From the NCBI GenBank assembly GCA_018383835.1, contig JAHAWR010000003.1, positions 1 through 34,076 of the forward strand: a stretch of 34,076 nucleotides of DNA. The letters are read 5' to 3'. Below the pieces are notes generated by a model, which was given only the letters and a program-made list of their open reading frames with translations, was not told where the DNA came from and searched no databases. The translations under genes were made by a program, and so were the position numbers. This document shows, piece by piece, positions 16,606-25,819 of this stretch. The stretch is from Candidatus Jordarchaeia archaeon. Its GTDB lineage: Archaea > Asgardarchaeota > Jordiarchaeia > Jordiarchaeales > Freyrarchaeaceae. Positions within the stretch are counted from its first letter, which is position 1, and each line of letters opens with the position of its first letter.

Positions 16606-17802
16606 ATGAGAGTCTACTTTGCCCCTAACGGAATGGCTTTAGGTCACGCTGGCAGGTGTGCCCCTATAGCTAAAAGGTTAATGGAGAAAGGTGCACAAGT
16701 TTTATTTTCCACCTACGGGGACGCCGTCGATCTAGTCTACTCCCTGGGTTTCCCAGTAGTTAAGGTGCCCGAAATAAAACTGGTTGAGGGTGAAGATGGA
16801 ACGATCGAGATGCTACAGACAAGTATAAGGTGGCCGAAGTATGTTGTGGTTTTCTTGAAGCAGCTTATCTGCGAGATAAGGAACATTAAAAGGTTTAAGC
16901 CCGACGTGGTCGTCTCGGACTCGCGTCTCTCCCCCGTCTTCGCCTCTCTCCTGCTCGGAGTCCCTTGCCTCCTCCTTCTTCACCAGATCAAGCTTTTCAT
17001 CCCCCACAAGAAGCCACTAAGCAAGATTAAAATGAAGCTTAAGGCCCTCGGTGAATGGGCTATTCTCTATATTCTGTGGCTTATGTGGAGTAGAAGCACA
17101 TTCGTGATTGTTCCCGACTTTCCGCCGCCCTACACTATAGCTAGGGAGCACGTGGATGTCCCCGTGAAGTTCCTAAGGAAAGTCAAGTTTGTGGGGCAGA
17201 TAATCGACAAGCTTCCCCATGAGCTTCCAAGTAAGGAGGAAGCTAAACGCATGCTGGGCTTTGATGGGCGCCCCCTAATTTACATCGGGGTCTCCGGCAC
17301 TAAGGTTGAGAGGGAAGCAGTTAACAGGATACTTCTGGATGCGGTCTCCAAGTTTCCCGAGAAGTACCAAGTGATAATGAGTATGGGGAACCCGGGGGAG
17401 GTGAGGGAGGTTTTCAGAAAGAACGGGGTGAAGGTGTACAATTGGGTTCCAGACAGGTATCTTGTTCTCAAGGCATGTGACCTAATTGTCTCCCGATCGG
17501 GGCACAACACGATCGCGGAATCCATGTACTATGGTGTACCATCCGTGCTCATCCCGACGCCGGCACACACAGAGCACGAGATGAATGCCCGGTCAGCTGA
17601 AGCGATGGGAGTTGCAAAGGTTATACGTCAGAATGATCTTAACTACGAAACCCTTCTAAAAGCGATAAACGAGGTGCTGGGAGACGGCTCCTACAGGGCT
17701 AGGGCAGAGCTTATTCAGAAAAGGGTGCTTGAAAACGGCTCGGTCGACTTGATAATTCGAGAAATACTTTCGCTTGCAAATTTTGGGAGGAAGTATAAAT
17801 GA
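16606..17802 (+). CDS. Glycosyltransferase, GT1/GT28 (MurG/UDP-glycosyltransferase-like) family
   Basis: 398 aa. GHAGRCAPIAKRL at the N-terminus and C-terminal VSRSGHNTIAESMYYGVPSVLIP. Starts 3 nt after the AMMECR1 stop. Confidence 0.7.
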   Translation: MRVYFAPNGMALGHAGRCAPIAKRLMEKGAQVLFSTYGDAVDLVYSLGFPVVKVPEIKLVEGEDGTIEMLQTSIRWPKYVVVFLKQLICEIRNIKRFKPDVVVSDSRLSPVFASLLLGVPCLLLLHQIKLFIPHKKPLSKIKMKLKALGEWAILYILWLMWSRSTFVIVPDFPPPYTIAREHVDVPVKFLRKVKFVGQIIDKLPHELPSKEEAKRMLGFDGRPLIYIGVSGTKVEREAVNRILLDAVSKFPEKYQVIMSMGNPGEVREVFRKNGVKVYNWVPDRYLVLKACDLIVSRSGHNTIAESMYYGVPSVLIPTPAHTEHEMNARSAEAMGVAKVIRQNDLNYETLLKAINEVLGDGSYRARAELIQKRVLENGSVDLIIREILSLANFGRKYK

Positions 17803-18665
17803 ACGCCATCAGAGGTTTTTTGGCTGCTTTCCTATTTGAGGATATTGGATTCGGTGACGTTACTAGTGAAGCGATTATCCCCGAAGGAGTCACTGTTGAG
17901 GCTAGGATAGTATGCAAGGAAGAGGGCGTAATAGCGGGGGTTTCCGAAGCACTAGAGCTTTTTAGAATGGTAGGGGTAGAAGCGACGGCACGGGTTCGAG
18001 ACGGAGAAAGAGTCAAGAAAGGAAATGTTGTGATCGAACTGAAAGGGGACGCGAAGGCTATTTTAGGAGTCGAAAGAACCGTTCTCAACTTGATGATGCT
18101 TATGAGCGGCATAGCGACAGAAACTGCAAGACTTATGGAGAAAGCCAGAAGGGTTAACGAGAAGGTTAGGGTGGCCGGCACTAGGAAGACCACCCCGGGT
18201 TTCAGGTACTTCGAGAAGAGGGCAATTGAGCTAGGCGGAGGGGACCCACACAGGTTCCGCCTCGATGACATGATCTTAATAAAGGACAACCACATTAAGA
18301 TAGTTGGAAGCATAGCTGAAGTAGTCAGGCGGGCTAAGGAGAAAGCTAGCTTTTCGAAGAAGGTAGAAGTGGAGGTCTCTACCCCAAATGAAGCATTGGA
18401 GGCGGTTTTTTCGGGTGCAGATATAATAATGCTTGACAACATGAGTGTGGAAAACGTAGAGAAAACCATCCGCGTTTTGGAGGAGCACAGAGTAAGAGAC
18501 AAGGTCATAATAGAGGTTTCAGGAGGGATCAACTCTGAAAACATAGAAGATTACGCTGCGTTAGGCGTTGACGTCATTTCAACAGGATACATCACCCACT
18601 CATCGAAAGCCCTTGATTTAAGCTTAGACATAGTAAAAATTATAAATGTGAAAGCCAATAATTGA
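17799..18665 (+). CDS. nadC: Nicotinate-nucleotide pyrophosphorylase (carboxylating) / quinolinate phosphoribosyltransferase
   Basis: EDIGFGDVTS, ERTVLNLMMLMSGIAT, GTRKTTPGFR, IKDNHI, MLDNMS, EVSGGIN. ATGA overlap with the upstream glycosyltransferase. Confidence 0.9.
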   Translation: MNAIRGFLAAFLFEDIGFGDVTSEAIIPEGVTVEARIVCKEEGVIAGVSEALELFRMVGVEATARVRDGERVKKGNVVIELKGDAKAILGVERTVLNLMMLMSGIATETARLMEKARRVNEKVRVAGTRKTTPGFRYFEKRAIELGGGDPHRFRLDDMILIKDNHIKIVGSIAEVVRRAKEKASFSKKVEVEVSTPNEALEAVFSGADIIMLDNMSVENVEKTIRVLEEHRVRDKVIIEVSGGINSENIEDYAALGVDVISTGYITHSSKALDLSLDIVKIINVKANN

Positions 18666-18800
18666 CTCAGAGTGCTAAAACTATTCTTGTAAGGAAAATA
18701 GCTACTTAATACTTGTTACTCTGAGATTGAAATGTAGTCACCAGCCCGTTTATAGAGTAGTTTTCAAGAAAGAAGTAAGTGTCAAATTCAGGCTTGGAGG

Positions 18801-20072
18801 TTGTTCCTTTTGGAGTTAATGTTTCTTGGAGGTTGCCAAACAGTAGGTGGCTCAGGATTACTCATATCAAATGGAGAAACAAACATCTTGGTAGATTACG
18901 GCGTCTATATGGGGAAAAAGGATGACCCTATACCTGAGCTGCCGCCAGAAGACGTAGACGCGGTTTTCCTGACACACGTCCACTTGGATCATGCAGGAGG
19001 AGCCCCCGCCCTCTACGCTGGCAGCTACCCGGACGGCCCACCCGTCTATGTGACGCCGCCCACCCAAAGCTTGCTTCCACTGCTCATAGACGATATGCTG
19101 AAAATAAAGAAGCTCCCCTTTGGAAAAAAGGAAGAGAACAGAATGCTCAGAAAAGCCCAAATTATGAACTACGGCGACACAGTCAAAATAAATGGAATAA
19201 TAGTTGAAATCGTAAACTCGGGGCATGTGCCGGGCGCCTACTCCACAATAATAAAGGCGGATGGCAAATGCGTGTTTTACACCTCAGACTTTAACACCAG
19301 CCAGACACGCCTCGTTAAAAGCGCTAACTTTAATGGGCTGAAGCCTGACGTTGTGGTAATGGAGAGTACGTACGCGCTGAAGGAGCACCCCGAAAGATCC
19401 CAGACGGAGCGCGAGTTCGTAAATGCAGTGCTCAACGTGGTTGAGGGCGGCGGAGTGGTTCTAATTCCCGCTTTTGCAGTTGCTAGGTCGCAGGAAATAC
19501 TCTGCGTCCTTGAAAAATACAACGTTGAGTGTAGCATAACGCTTGACGGAATGGCGCGCGATGCCAGTCGACTACTTCTCCAACATCCAGATTACCTCAA
19601 GGACTACGAAGCCCTCCTGAGAGCCCTAAGCAAGTGTCGATGGGTGCGCGGCTTCCACGACAGGGTTGAAGCTGCAAGTCGCCCCGGTGTAATAATCTCT
19701 ACGGCTGGAATGCTGAAGGGTGGACCAACAATTCATTACATGAGAATGCTTGCCAAAGACAGTGAGAACGCGATATTTCTTGTAAGCTTCCAAATTCCGG
19801 GAACACCTGGAAGAATGCTCCTCGACACGGGCTACTTCCCTCTCTATGGGAAGCCTGAACGCGTCAATGCACAAATCAAATTCTTCAACTTCTCCTCCCA
19901 TGCCGACAGGAAGATGTTACATTCTCTCGTAGAATCCGTCAGTAAGCGTTCAACCACTTTCTTCACGGTACACGGCGAGAAAGATGCATGCCGCACTTTA
20001 GCGGAGGAAATAGAAGAAAACTATGGCAACCAAGCCATAAATCCCAATGTAGGCGAAACATATACGCTATAA
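18801..20072 (+). CDS. Second metallo-beta-lactamase / beta-CASP nuclease (aCPSF2-like paralog)
   Basis: 423 aa. THVHLDHAGG, SGHVPGA, YTSD, MESTY, SSHAD, VHGE. It is collinear with the 5583-6893 protein but clearly diverged. Start is TTG 18801 or ATG 18819. Confidence 0.8.
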   Translation: MFLLELMFLGGCQTVGGSGLLISNGETNILVDYGVYMGKKDDPIPELPPEDVDAVFLTHVHLDHAGGAPALYAGSYPDGPPVYVTPPTQSLLPLLIDDMLKIKKLPFGKKEENRMLRKAQIMNYGDTVKINGIIVEIVNSGHVPGAYSTIIKADGKCVFYTSDFNTSQTRLVKSANFNGLKPDVVVMESTYALKEHPERSQTEREFVNAVLNVVEGGGVVLIPAFAVARSQEILCVLEKYNVECSITLDGMARDASRLLLQHPDYLKDYEALLRALSKCRWVRGFHDRVEAASRPGVIISTAGMLKGGPTIHYMRMLAKDSENAIFLVSFQIPGTPGRMLLDTGYFPLYGKPERVNAQIKFFNFSSHADRKMLHSLVESVSKRSTTFFTVHGEKDACRTLAEEIEENYGNQAINPNVGETYTL

Positions 20073-20117
20073 AAATGGGCCATCGGATATAAAAACCATG
20101 TTGAATCCGCAAATGTT

Positions 20118-20336
20118 CTAACGTGGTTTAATCTTTCTCGCTTCACGCTCAGTTTCTCTAAGAATTACTATATCGCCGATTCTGACTGGCCCCTTCACAT
20201 TACGCGTCAAAATGCGCCCCCGGTCGGGCCCCTCCAGTATTCTCACTCTTACTTGAATTATCTCGCCGTAAATGCCCGTCCGGTCGACTATCGCTATTAC
20301 CTCAGCTGGAGTTGCCGCCTCCTGTTGTGCGCTCAT
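20118..20336 (-). CDS. rps28e: 30S ribosomal protein S28e
   Basis: [26 protein letters not shown]...[27 protein letters not shown] prefer the ATG at 20336 (GGAGAAGGAGG upstream) over the track's GTG at 20357. Confidence 0.9.
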   Translation of the reverse strand: MSAQQEAATPAEVIAIVDRTGIYGEIIQVRVRILEGPDRGRILTRNVKGPVRIGDIVILRETEREARKIKPR

Positions 20337-20499
20337 GTTTGCCGCCTCCTTCTCCACCCATTCAAGGGCATCGTTAAAAACTTTTCTCTCTTTTGAGCCG
20401 GTTTTTCCATTGTTTTGTTAGTGGCAATGGAAGGGGTTAGCGTCCATCAAAACTTGCTTATCCCATTACCGGGACTTTATCCGTCGTAGTAGGTGCTTG

Positions 20500-20518
20500 C
20501 CAAACGTCTTTCGTTTGG
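20500..20518 (-). terminator. Hairpin immediately downstream of nnr
   Basis: CCAAACG-TCTTT-CGTTTGG is a perfect 7-bp stem, 14 nt past the nnr stop. No adjacent T-run on the transcribed strand, so a terminator role is weakly supported. Confidence 0.25.
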
Positions 20519-20531
20519 GATTTGTGCGTGT

Positions 20532-22043
20532 TTAGTCTTTGGCATCACCCATTGCTTGCGGTATGTAAGTTATCACGTCAGTTGCCGTTATGTGGTATCC
20601 TTTCCGCTGAACCGCCAGGTCTCCTGCTTTACCGTTTATGAATGCTGCTGCTGTCGCTGCTCTGAACGGGTCTTTCCCCCATGAGAGGATAGCAGCGCAA
20701 CACCCGGTGAGTACGTCCCCCGTCCCCCCAACTGTCATTCCGGGGTTTCCCGTAATGTTCACCTTTACCTTTTCACCATTCGATATAATATCCCAGTGTG
20801 CTTTAAGCAATATGGTTGCTCCAAGTCGCCTACTCCATTCCCTAACAATATCAGTTTTTTCCTTTAGTGGCTTGCCGAGGAGGTTTTCCCCTGTTAAGTT
20901 AAGAAATTCACCTTGATGTGGCGTCAAAACCATTATCTCGCTTATGAGAGCCTCTGCCTTCCTCGGGAGAACCTTAAGCGCGTCTGCATCAATAACAGTT
21001 GGAACCTTCTTCTTTCTCGCAAGCTTTAAGGTTTCCGCTACAGCATCTACCGTTTCATTCTCCAGTCCGAGTCCGGGTCCTATCGCCAGCGCTGATGCCC
21101 TGTCCATGAGGTCATCGATCTTATCGACTGCTTCTAAGCAATAAACTTCTCCCGGGAGGGGGGTCACAATGAGGTTCGGGGAGTATGCGCGTATGGCGTC
21201 GGCGACGCTAGATGGCGCAGCTACAACTACTATGTCTACTCCCGTTGTTAAAGCCGCCAGCGCAGTTAGGGCTGGGGCTCCCGAGTAGTTTTTTCCTCCC
21301 CCGATGACCAGCACTCGTCCATGCTCCCCCTTGTGCGCCTCAAACCTACGTTTTATCTTGGCTGCTTCTAGGTCTCCGGGGCCCGCTATGAATTCGGCTT
21401 CTGGGGGGATCCCTATAGGGTAGACTTCAAGCTCGCCGGTGAAGGGGGAATTCGGCAGAGCTGGCTTAGCCGAGTGGAGACACACGGTTAGATCCGCCTT
21501 AACGGCTCTACCTCCTACCTCCCCTGTATCTGGGTTTAATCCCGAGGGTACATCCACGGAGACCTTAAATCCCTTAATCTTGTTGATCAGTTCTATTGCT
21601 GAGGCTAGAGGCTCTCTTACTTCCCCTCTTACTCCCGTTCCGAGAAGCGCGTCCACCACGAGTTCCACGTTGCTGAGTTCTTCTTCAATCCCTTCAAAAT
21701 CTCTCGAGTCACTTATCACCCTCTTTTCAATGGTGAACATCATCTTGACCACATTCCAGTTGCGTCTAGCCTCCTCGGTTCTGATGTCTTTTTCGCCTCC
21801 GACGAGGATCACTGTTACCTTTGCTCCAAAAGATGCGAGGTGTCTTGCGGCGACGAGCCCATCTCCCCCATTATCGCCCAGGCCGCAGAAGACGACGACC
21901 CTTTTTCCATCAACATTCATTCTCTTGAAGATCGCGTCAGCAACGCTTCTTCCGGCGTTCTCCATTAGGAGAAGGCGGGGGACTCCTAGGAACTCGGCGT
22001 TCAAATCTACTATTCGCATTTCCTCACTAGTCATAATTTTCAA
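20532..22043 (-). CDS. nnr: Bifunctional NAD(P)H-hydrate repair enzyme (epimerase plus ADP-dependent dehydratase; YjeF N- and C-terminal domains)
   Basis: 503 aa. N-terminal LMENAG...CGLGDNGGDG, C-terminal carbohydrate-kinase-like HKGEHGRVLVIGG...GNPGMTVGGTGDVLTG. Confidence 0.9.
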   Translation of the reverse strand: MKIMTSEEMRIVDLNAEFLGVPRLLLMENAGRSVADAIFKRMNVDGKRVVVFCGLGDNGGDGLVAARHLASFGAKVTVILVGGEKDIRTEEARRNWNVVKMMFTIEKRVISDSRDFEGIEEELSNVELVVDALLGTGVRGEVREPLASAIELINKIKGFKVSVDVPSGLNPDTGEVGGRAVKADLTVCLHSAKPALPNSPFTGELEVYPIGIPPEAEFIAGPGDLEAAKIKRRFEAHKGEHGRVLVIGGGKNYSGAPALTALAALTTGVDIVVVAAPSSVADAIRAYSPNLIVTPLPGEVYCLEAVDKIDDLMDRASALAIGPGLGLENETVDAVAETLKLARKKKVPTVIDADALKVLPRKAEALISEIMVLTPHQGEFLNLTGENLLGKPLKEKTDIVREWSRRLGATILLKAHWDIISNGEKVKVNITGNPGMTVGGTGDVLTGCCAAILSWGKDPFRAATAAAFINGKAGDLAVQRKGYHITATDVITYIPQAMGDAKD

Positions 22044-22132
22044 CGTGCAACCCTCTCAGTTAGCTATTAAAGGGCATTTTTACATGTTAGTAAAATGTCT
22101 TAGCTTTTAAATTGGTTTAGGGTGTCTGTCTG

Positions 22133-22753
22133 TTGAACGTTAAGCTTCTTCCTCGCGTCACCATCAGAATGCTGAGGGCTACGCTCAAGCCTGGGCACTT
22201 TGAATGTCAGAAATGTGGCGCCTGCTGTTCAAAGTATACTGTCTGCGTAACGGACTCCGACATTAAGAGGATCATTAATTTTTATGGCTTCTCGCCTCAC
22301 AGCTTCTTGACGGGGGTGCAGGTTCCTGACAGTGTAGTTCACACCTACGCGGGTATTCCAAGGTTTATAGGGGATCGTGGACGGGAATTAGTCTTAGCCC
22401 TAAAAGAGAAGAATGGACGGTGCATATTTAATGAAGGTGAGTGCAAAGTTTACCCTGCTAGACCTTTAAACTGCAGGGCTTTCCCCTTCCTCTGGCTTGG
22501 AGGGCGCAAGTTCAAGCTTAACCCAGACGCCCCCTTCATGTGTGACGGGCTTGGCAGGGGTGGGAAATTCGACTTTGAATGGCTTCTTGAGGAGATGTTG
22601 CTCTTGGAGAAAGAGTGGGAGGCATACAGGCTTATGGTTGAAAAGTGGAATAATCTGGTGAGATCAGGTGCTGCTACTCCAAGCACACGAACTTTCATAA
22701 GTTATGTTCTGGGGGTAAAAGTTGGGGTACAGGAGTCTCTACGTGACAGCTAA
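22133..22753 (+). CDS. YkgJ-family cysteine-cluster (putative zinc/iron-chelating, UPF0153) protein
   Basis: CQKCGACCSKY...CIF...CKVYPARPLNCRAFPF. TTG start taken from the track. Confidence 0.65.
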   Translation: MNVKLLPRVTIRMLRATLKPGHFECQKCGACCSKYTVCVTDSDIKRIINFYGFSPHSFLTGVQVPDSVVHTYAGIPRFIGDRGRELVLALKEKNGRCIFNEGECKVYPARPLNCRAFPFLWLGGRKFKLNPDAPFMCDGLGRGGKFDFEWLLEEMLLLEKEWEAYRLMVEKWNNLVRSGAATPSTRTFISYVLGVKVGVQESLRDS

Positions 22754-23582
22754 GGAGAGCTTCTTAGGCTGCTCTAAATCATACGGCGAGGCGTTAGTCG
22801 TTATAATAGGAGTTCCCTTCGATGCTACCAGCACCTATAAGCCTGGCGCTAGGTTCGCCCCGTCATCCTTAAGGGAGGCTTCCTGGAACATGGAAAGTTT
22901 CAGCATCAAACGCATGCTTGACGCTTGCTCTCTGCGTTTCTGCGACATAGGCGACTTGGATGTGGTTCCGGGAGACGTAAACCAAACCCTCCAGCGTCTA
23001 AAGTTAGTTGTTTCCGAGGTAACTAATGACGGCAAAAAGCCCCTCATACTGGGGGGAGAGCACACTTTGACGCTGAGTGCGGTTGAGTGCCTCCGTGACA
23101 TTGGAGTAATACAGTTTGATGCCCACATGGATTTGAGGGACGATTATGCGTGCCAGAGGATCTGTCATGCAACTGTCGCTAGAAGAATATGTGAAGCCGG
23201 CATTCCCCTTATTCAAGTAGGGGTTAGGGCTTGTTCAAGGGATGAATACGACTACACCAAGGAGAGCGGCGTCGCCCTGGTACCGGCACATGAAGTTCAC
23301 CGCTCCCTTAGCGATGCTGCAAGCCGCATAAGAGATTTCCAAGAGGAGCATGGAAGAATCTATGTGAGTGTCGACTTAGACGTCCTAGACCCTGCATTTG
23401 CACCCGAAGTTGGGAACCCAGAGCCGGGCGGATTAACCACAGTGGAGCTCCTCAGCTTAATAGAAGAATGTCGTAACGTAGCCGGAGGAGACGTCGTAGA
23501 ATTAGTTCCCTCAGGAGGATTCACGGCTTTTACTGCAGCCAGAATAGCTATCGAACTCATGTTTCAAATGCAACTAGATTAA
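22722..23582 (+). CDS. speB: Agmatinase (arginase/ureohydrolase family)
   Basis: GVPFDATSTYKPGARFAP, GGEHTLTL, FDAHMDLRD, SVDLDVLDPAFAPEVGNPEPGGLT. The start may instead be the GTG at 22743. Confidence 0.85.
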   Translation: MGYRSLYVTAKESFLGCSKSYGEALVVIIGVPFDATSTYKPGARFAPSSLREASWNMESFSIKRMLDACSLRFCDIGDLDVVPGDVNQTLQRLKLVVSEVTNDGKKPLILGGEHTLTLSAVECLRDIGVIQFDAHMDLRDDYACQRICHATVARRICEAGIPLIQVGVRACSRDEYDYTKESGVALVPAHEVHRSLSDAASRIRDFQEEHGRIYVSVDLDVLDPAFAPEVGNPEPGGLTTVELLSLIEECRNVAGGDVVELVPSGGFTAFTAARIAIELMFQMQLD

Positions 23583-24382
23583 ATCAAATTTTCCCTCCCT
23601 TCCCGCCTCCTTAGGTCTTCGAGCCCCACCATGAAACCCACGTCTTTCTTTCTAATGTAAACTCTGGGTAATCCGACAGCCTCGCCGGCCCTTACCATTT
23701 CCTCAAGCGTGGGCCCCCTCATCTTTTTCATTTCTTCCTTCCACGCCAAGTTTGGCTCAAATTCCTGCAGGGTGTAGCTTGCCTCCCCCCTCAAAGCCTT
23801 GTCTACGTATCCTAGCTCCGTAAGTGTTTCGCCAATGTCCCTCATGTGCTCCTCTCGGTCGTTAATTGTGGGGATAATTGTTGTTCTGACGTCCACGTAG
23901 ACGTTACTCGAGAAAAGCGCTCTCAGGGTTTCCTCTAGCCTACTTATTGCCTCTACTCCTCTATCGACGCCTATAATTCTGCTGTAGAGGTCAGTGTCGT
24001 TAAACGCTGCTTTAACGTCTATTGAAACTAGGTTGACGTTCTCTAAAAGGTTCCTTACAACGTCCGGGAAGTAGCCGTTTGTGTCAAATCCGAAGAGTAG
24101 CCCATGCTTTCTGCAAAACTCGGAAAGCTCGAGCATAAATTCGGGGTAAAGTGTGGGCTCACCCCCAGAGACCTTCACTGCGTCCACGGTTCCCAACGCC
24201 GCTTTGATCCTCGAAAGAAACTCGTCAAGCTCCTTTTCATGCTCGGACTTGACCTCAAGTATGGAGCTATTCTGGCACATTGGGCACCTAAAAGGGCACC
24301 CCGGAACAAAAACAACCAAAGCCGGGCTGCCTAGGTAATCCATGAAGCTCAGCTCAACGACTCCTGCAACCAAAACTTTCAT
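23579..24382 (-). CDS. Radical SAM activating-enzyme family protein (anaerobic RNR activase/NrdG-like)
   Basis: 267 aa. VFVPGCPFRCPMCQN (CxxxCxxC), VSGGEPTL, DTNG. Its 3' end overlaps speB by 4 nt (convergent). Confidence 0.7.
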   Translation of the reverse strand: MKVLVAGVVELSFMDYLGSPALVVFVPGCPFRCPMCQNSSILEVKSEHEKELDEFLSRIKAALGTVDAVKVSGGEPTLYPEFMLELSEFCRKHGLLFGFDTNGYFPDVVRNLLENVNLVSIDVKAAFNDTDLYSRIIGVDRGVEAISRLEETLRALFSSNVYVDVRTTIIPTINDREEHMRDIGETLTELGYVDKALRGEASYTLQEFEPNLAWKEEMKKMRGPTLEEMVRAGEAVGLPRVYIRKKDVGFMVGLEDLRRREGRENLI

Positions 24383-24493
24383 TTAAAACACCGAAGCAGC
24401 TCTTTAGGGGTAACCTTTCTGGAGGACACTTTTAAATACTCGTGTATCCTTCATTAAGTATACGATGTTTTAAAGGTAGAGGGAGGACTCTTT

Positions 24494-24913
24494 TTGAGCC
24501 AGAAGAAGCCATTTATAACCGAGTTCGTCGTTATTGGGAAGAACCACTCTGTCACTCTTCCCCAAAGTGTAATATCCTCCCTTAACATAAAGGAGGGAGC
24601 CCGCCTTCTCATTGTGGCGGACGTTAACAAGATGAACTTTGTAGCTTACCCTATAATTAGAGAGGAGAGGATGCTGGCAGAGGTAAGGGTGAGAATGCTC
24701 GACAAGCCTGGAGCCCTGGGCGAAATAGCTACTGAGCTAGGAAAAATGGGCATTAACATACAAACCACGGTAATCCCTCCTGGCACGACAGGCGTGGCCG
24801 ACGCCTACTTCGTAGTGGACTGTACCGGAAGCAAGACTCCTCTACCTGAGGTCGAAGAAAGGCTCAAAAGGCTCAAGAACACCGTTGAGGTCGAGGTTAA
24901 CCCTCTAGAGTGA
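24494..24913 (+). CDS. AbrB/SpoVT-like domain fused to an ACT domain (putative small-molecule-sensing regulator)
   Basis: N-terminal VIGKNHSVTLPQSVISSLNIKEGARLLIV is a swapped-hairpin AbrB-like pattern. C-terminal VRVRMLDKPGALGEIATELGKMGINI is an ACT signature. TTG start with GGGAGG upstream. Confidence 0.6.
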   Translation: MSQKKPFITEFVVIGKNHSVTLPQSVISSLNIKEGARLLIVADVNKMNFVAYPIIREERMLAEVRVRMLDKPGALGEIATELGKMGINIQTTVIPPGTTGVADAYFVVDCTGSKTPLPEVEERLKRLKNTVEVEVNPLE

Positions 24914-24919
24914 CCGAGA

Positions 24920-25567
24920 ATGGAGGCAACTCTCGTAATTCTGAAGCCTGATGCAACAGTAAGAAGCTTCGTCGGGGCATACACCACTAAAGTGATACTA
25001 GATCAGGGCTACAGGGTAACAGCCTTCAAATGGGTCCAAGTAACGGGCGAGCTCGCAGAGAAACATTACGAAGAGCACGCGGGGAAACCCTTCTTTAACT
25101 GGCTTACAACATACATCAAAGCAGCCCCGGTCGTAGCAATGAAGGTGGAAGGGGAAAATGTGATACAAGGGATAAGGCGCATGCTGGGGGCAACCATGGC
25201 CCAAAAGGCGGAGCCGGAAACCATTAGAGGGAAATACGGCATATGGGGTGGCGTAAACGTGGCACACGCCTCAGACTCTCCTGAAACTGCAAAAAGGGAG
25301 CTCGCCCTCTGGTTAACCAAAGCAGGGCTAAAAGAAAATGAAAACGGACAGGAAAAGGCTGAAGAATATGCTAAGTCTCGCCAAGCCACAAAGGACTATA
25401 CCAAAAAGCTCAGGGAAACATGCAAGGCCCTTTCAGAAAGAAGGGTCAGCATTGAACATGCACGAGAAGCGATAAAGCAACTCCTAACAGAAGAAAACCC
25501 AAACGCAAAACCCCACCACATATCTAACTTAACTGAAGCAATAATCCAGAATTTCCTGCTACCCTAG
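24920..25567 (+). CDS. ndk: Nucleoside diphosphate kinase with a C-terminal extension of about 70 aa
   Basis: TLVILKPDA, HYEEHAGKPFF, GATMAQKAEPETIRGKYG, NVAHASDS (catalytic His). At 215 aa it is longer than the usual 140-160 aa. Confidence 0.8.
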   Translation: MEATLVILKPDATVRSFVGAYTTKVILDQGYRVTAFKWVQVTGELAEKHYEEHAGKPFFNWLTTYIKAAPVVAMKVEGENVIQGIRRMLGATMAQKAEPETIRGKYGIWGGVNVAHASDSPETAKRELALWLTKAGLKENENGQEKAEEYAKSRQATKDYTKKLRETCKALSERRVSIEHAREAIKQLLTEENPNAKPHHISNLTEAIIQNFLLP

Positions 25568-25584
25568 CAACAGATGAGAATTTT

Positions 25585-25782
25585 TCATCCTCCCTTTTCG
25601 TAAAACTCAGTCCACTTAAACTTCCTCGGCTTCCTAGATAGGTTAAGTGCATTCTTACGGCATTTACTTGAGCAGAATCGCAGTACAACTCCGTCGCGCC
25701 TCACGTAGCTAATACCTGTACCCGGTGCAATATCCCTGCCACAGAAAGAACAGGAATACTTTTTCAATCCAACCACCACCAC
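25585..25782 (-). CDS. rpl24e: 50S ribosomal protein L24e
   Basis: [34 protein letters not shown]. The start is ambiguous (three GTGs, or TTG at 25767). Confidence 0.9.
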   Translation of the reverse strand: MVVVGLKKYSCSFCGRDIAPGTGISYVRRDGVVLRFCSSKCRKNALNLSRKPRKFKWTEFYEKGG

Positions 25783-25819
25783 AACGAAAAAACCCCAAAA
25801 CTTAAATTTTTCCCTTCAG

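Noticed and set aside
17711-18544. 277-aa minus-strand ORF, one of the longest unexplained ORFs in the track
   Set aside because: Entirely antisense to nadC and the end of the glycosyltransferase gene. It has extreme S/T/L/A low complexity and no recognisable motifs. nadC on the sense strand is unambiguous.
20337-20357. GTG start for rps28e (track)
   Set aside because: The seven extra codons are GTGGAGAAGGAGGCGGCAAAC. These read better as a GGAGG ribosome-binding site 8 nt upstream of the ATG at 20336.
21439-22110. 223-aa plus-strand ORF
   Set aside because: Antisense to nnr, S/T/P/L-rich, with no motifs. It is a shadow ORF.
22722-22753. 32-nt overlap between the YkgJ-like gene and speB as a sign of a fusion or frameshift
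   Set aside because: The two genes are in different frames and each has complete family motifs. An alternative GTG at 22743 reduces the overlap to 11 nt, which is ordinary operon packing.
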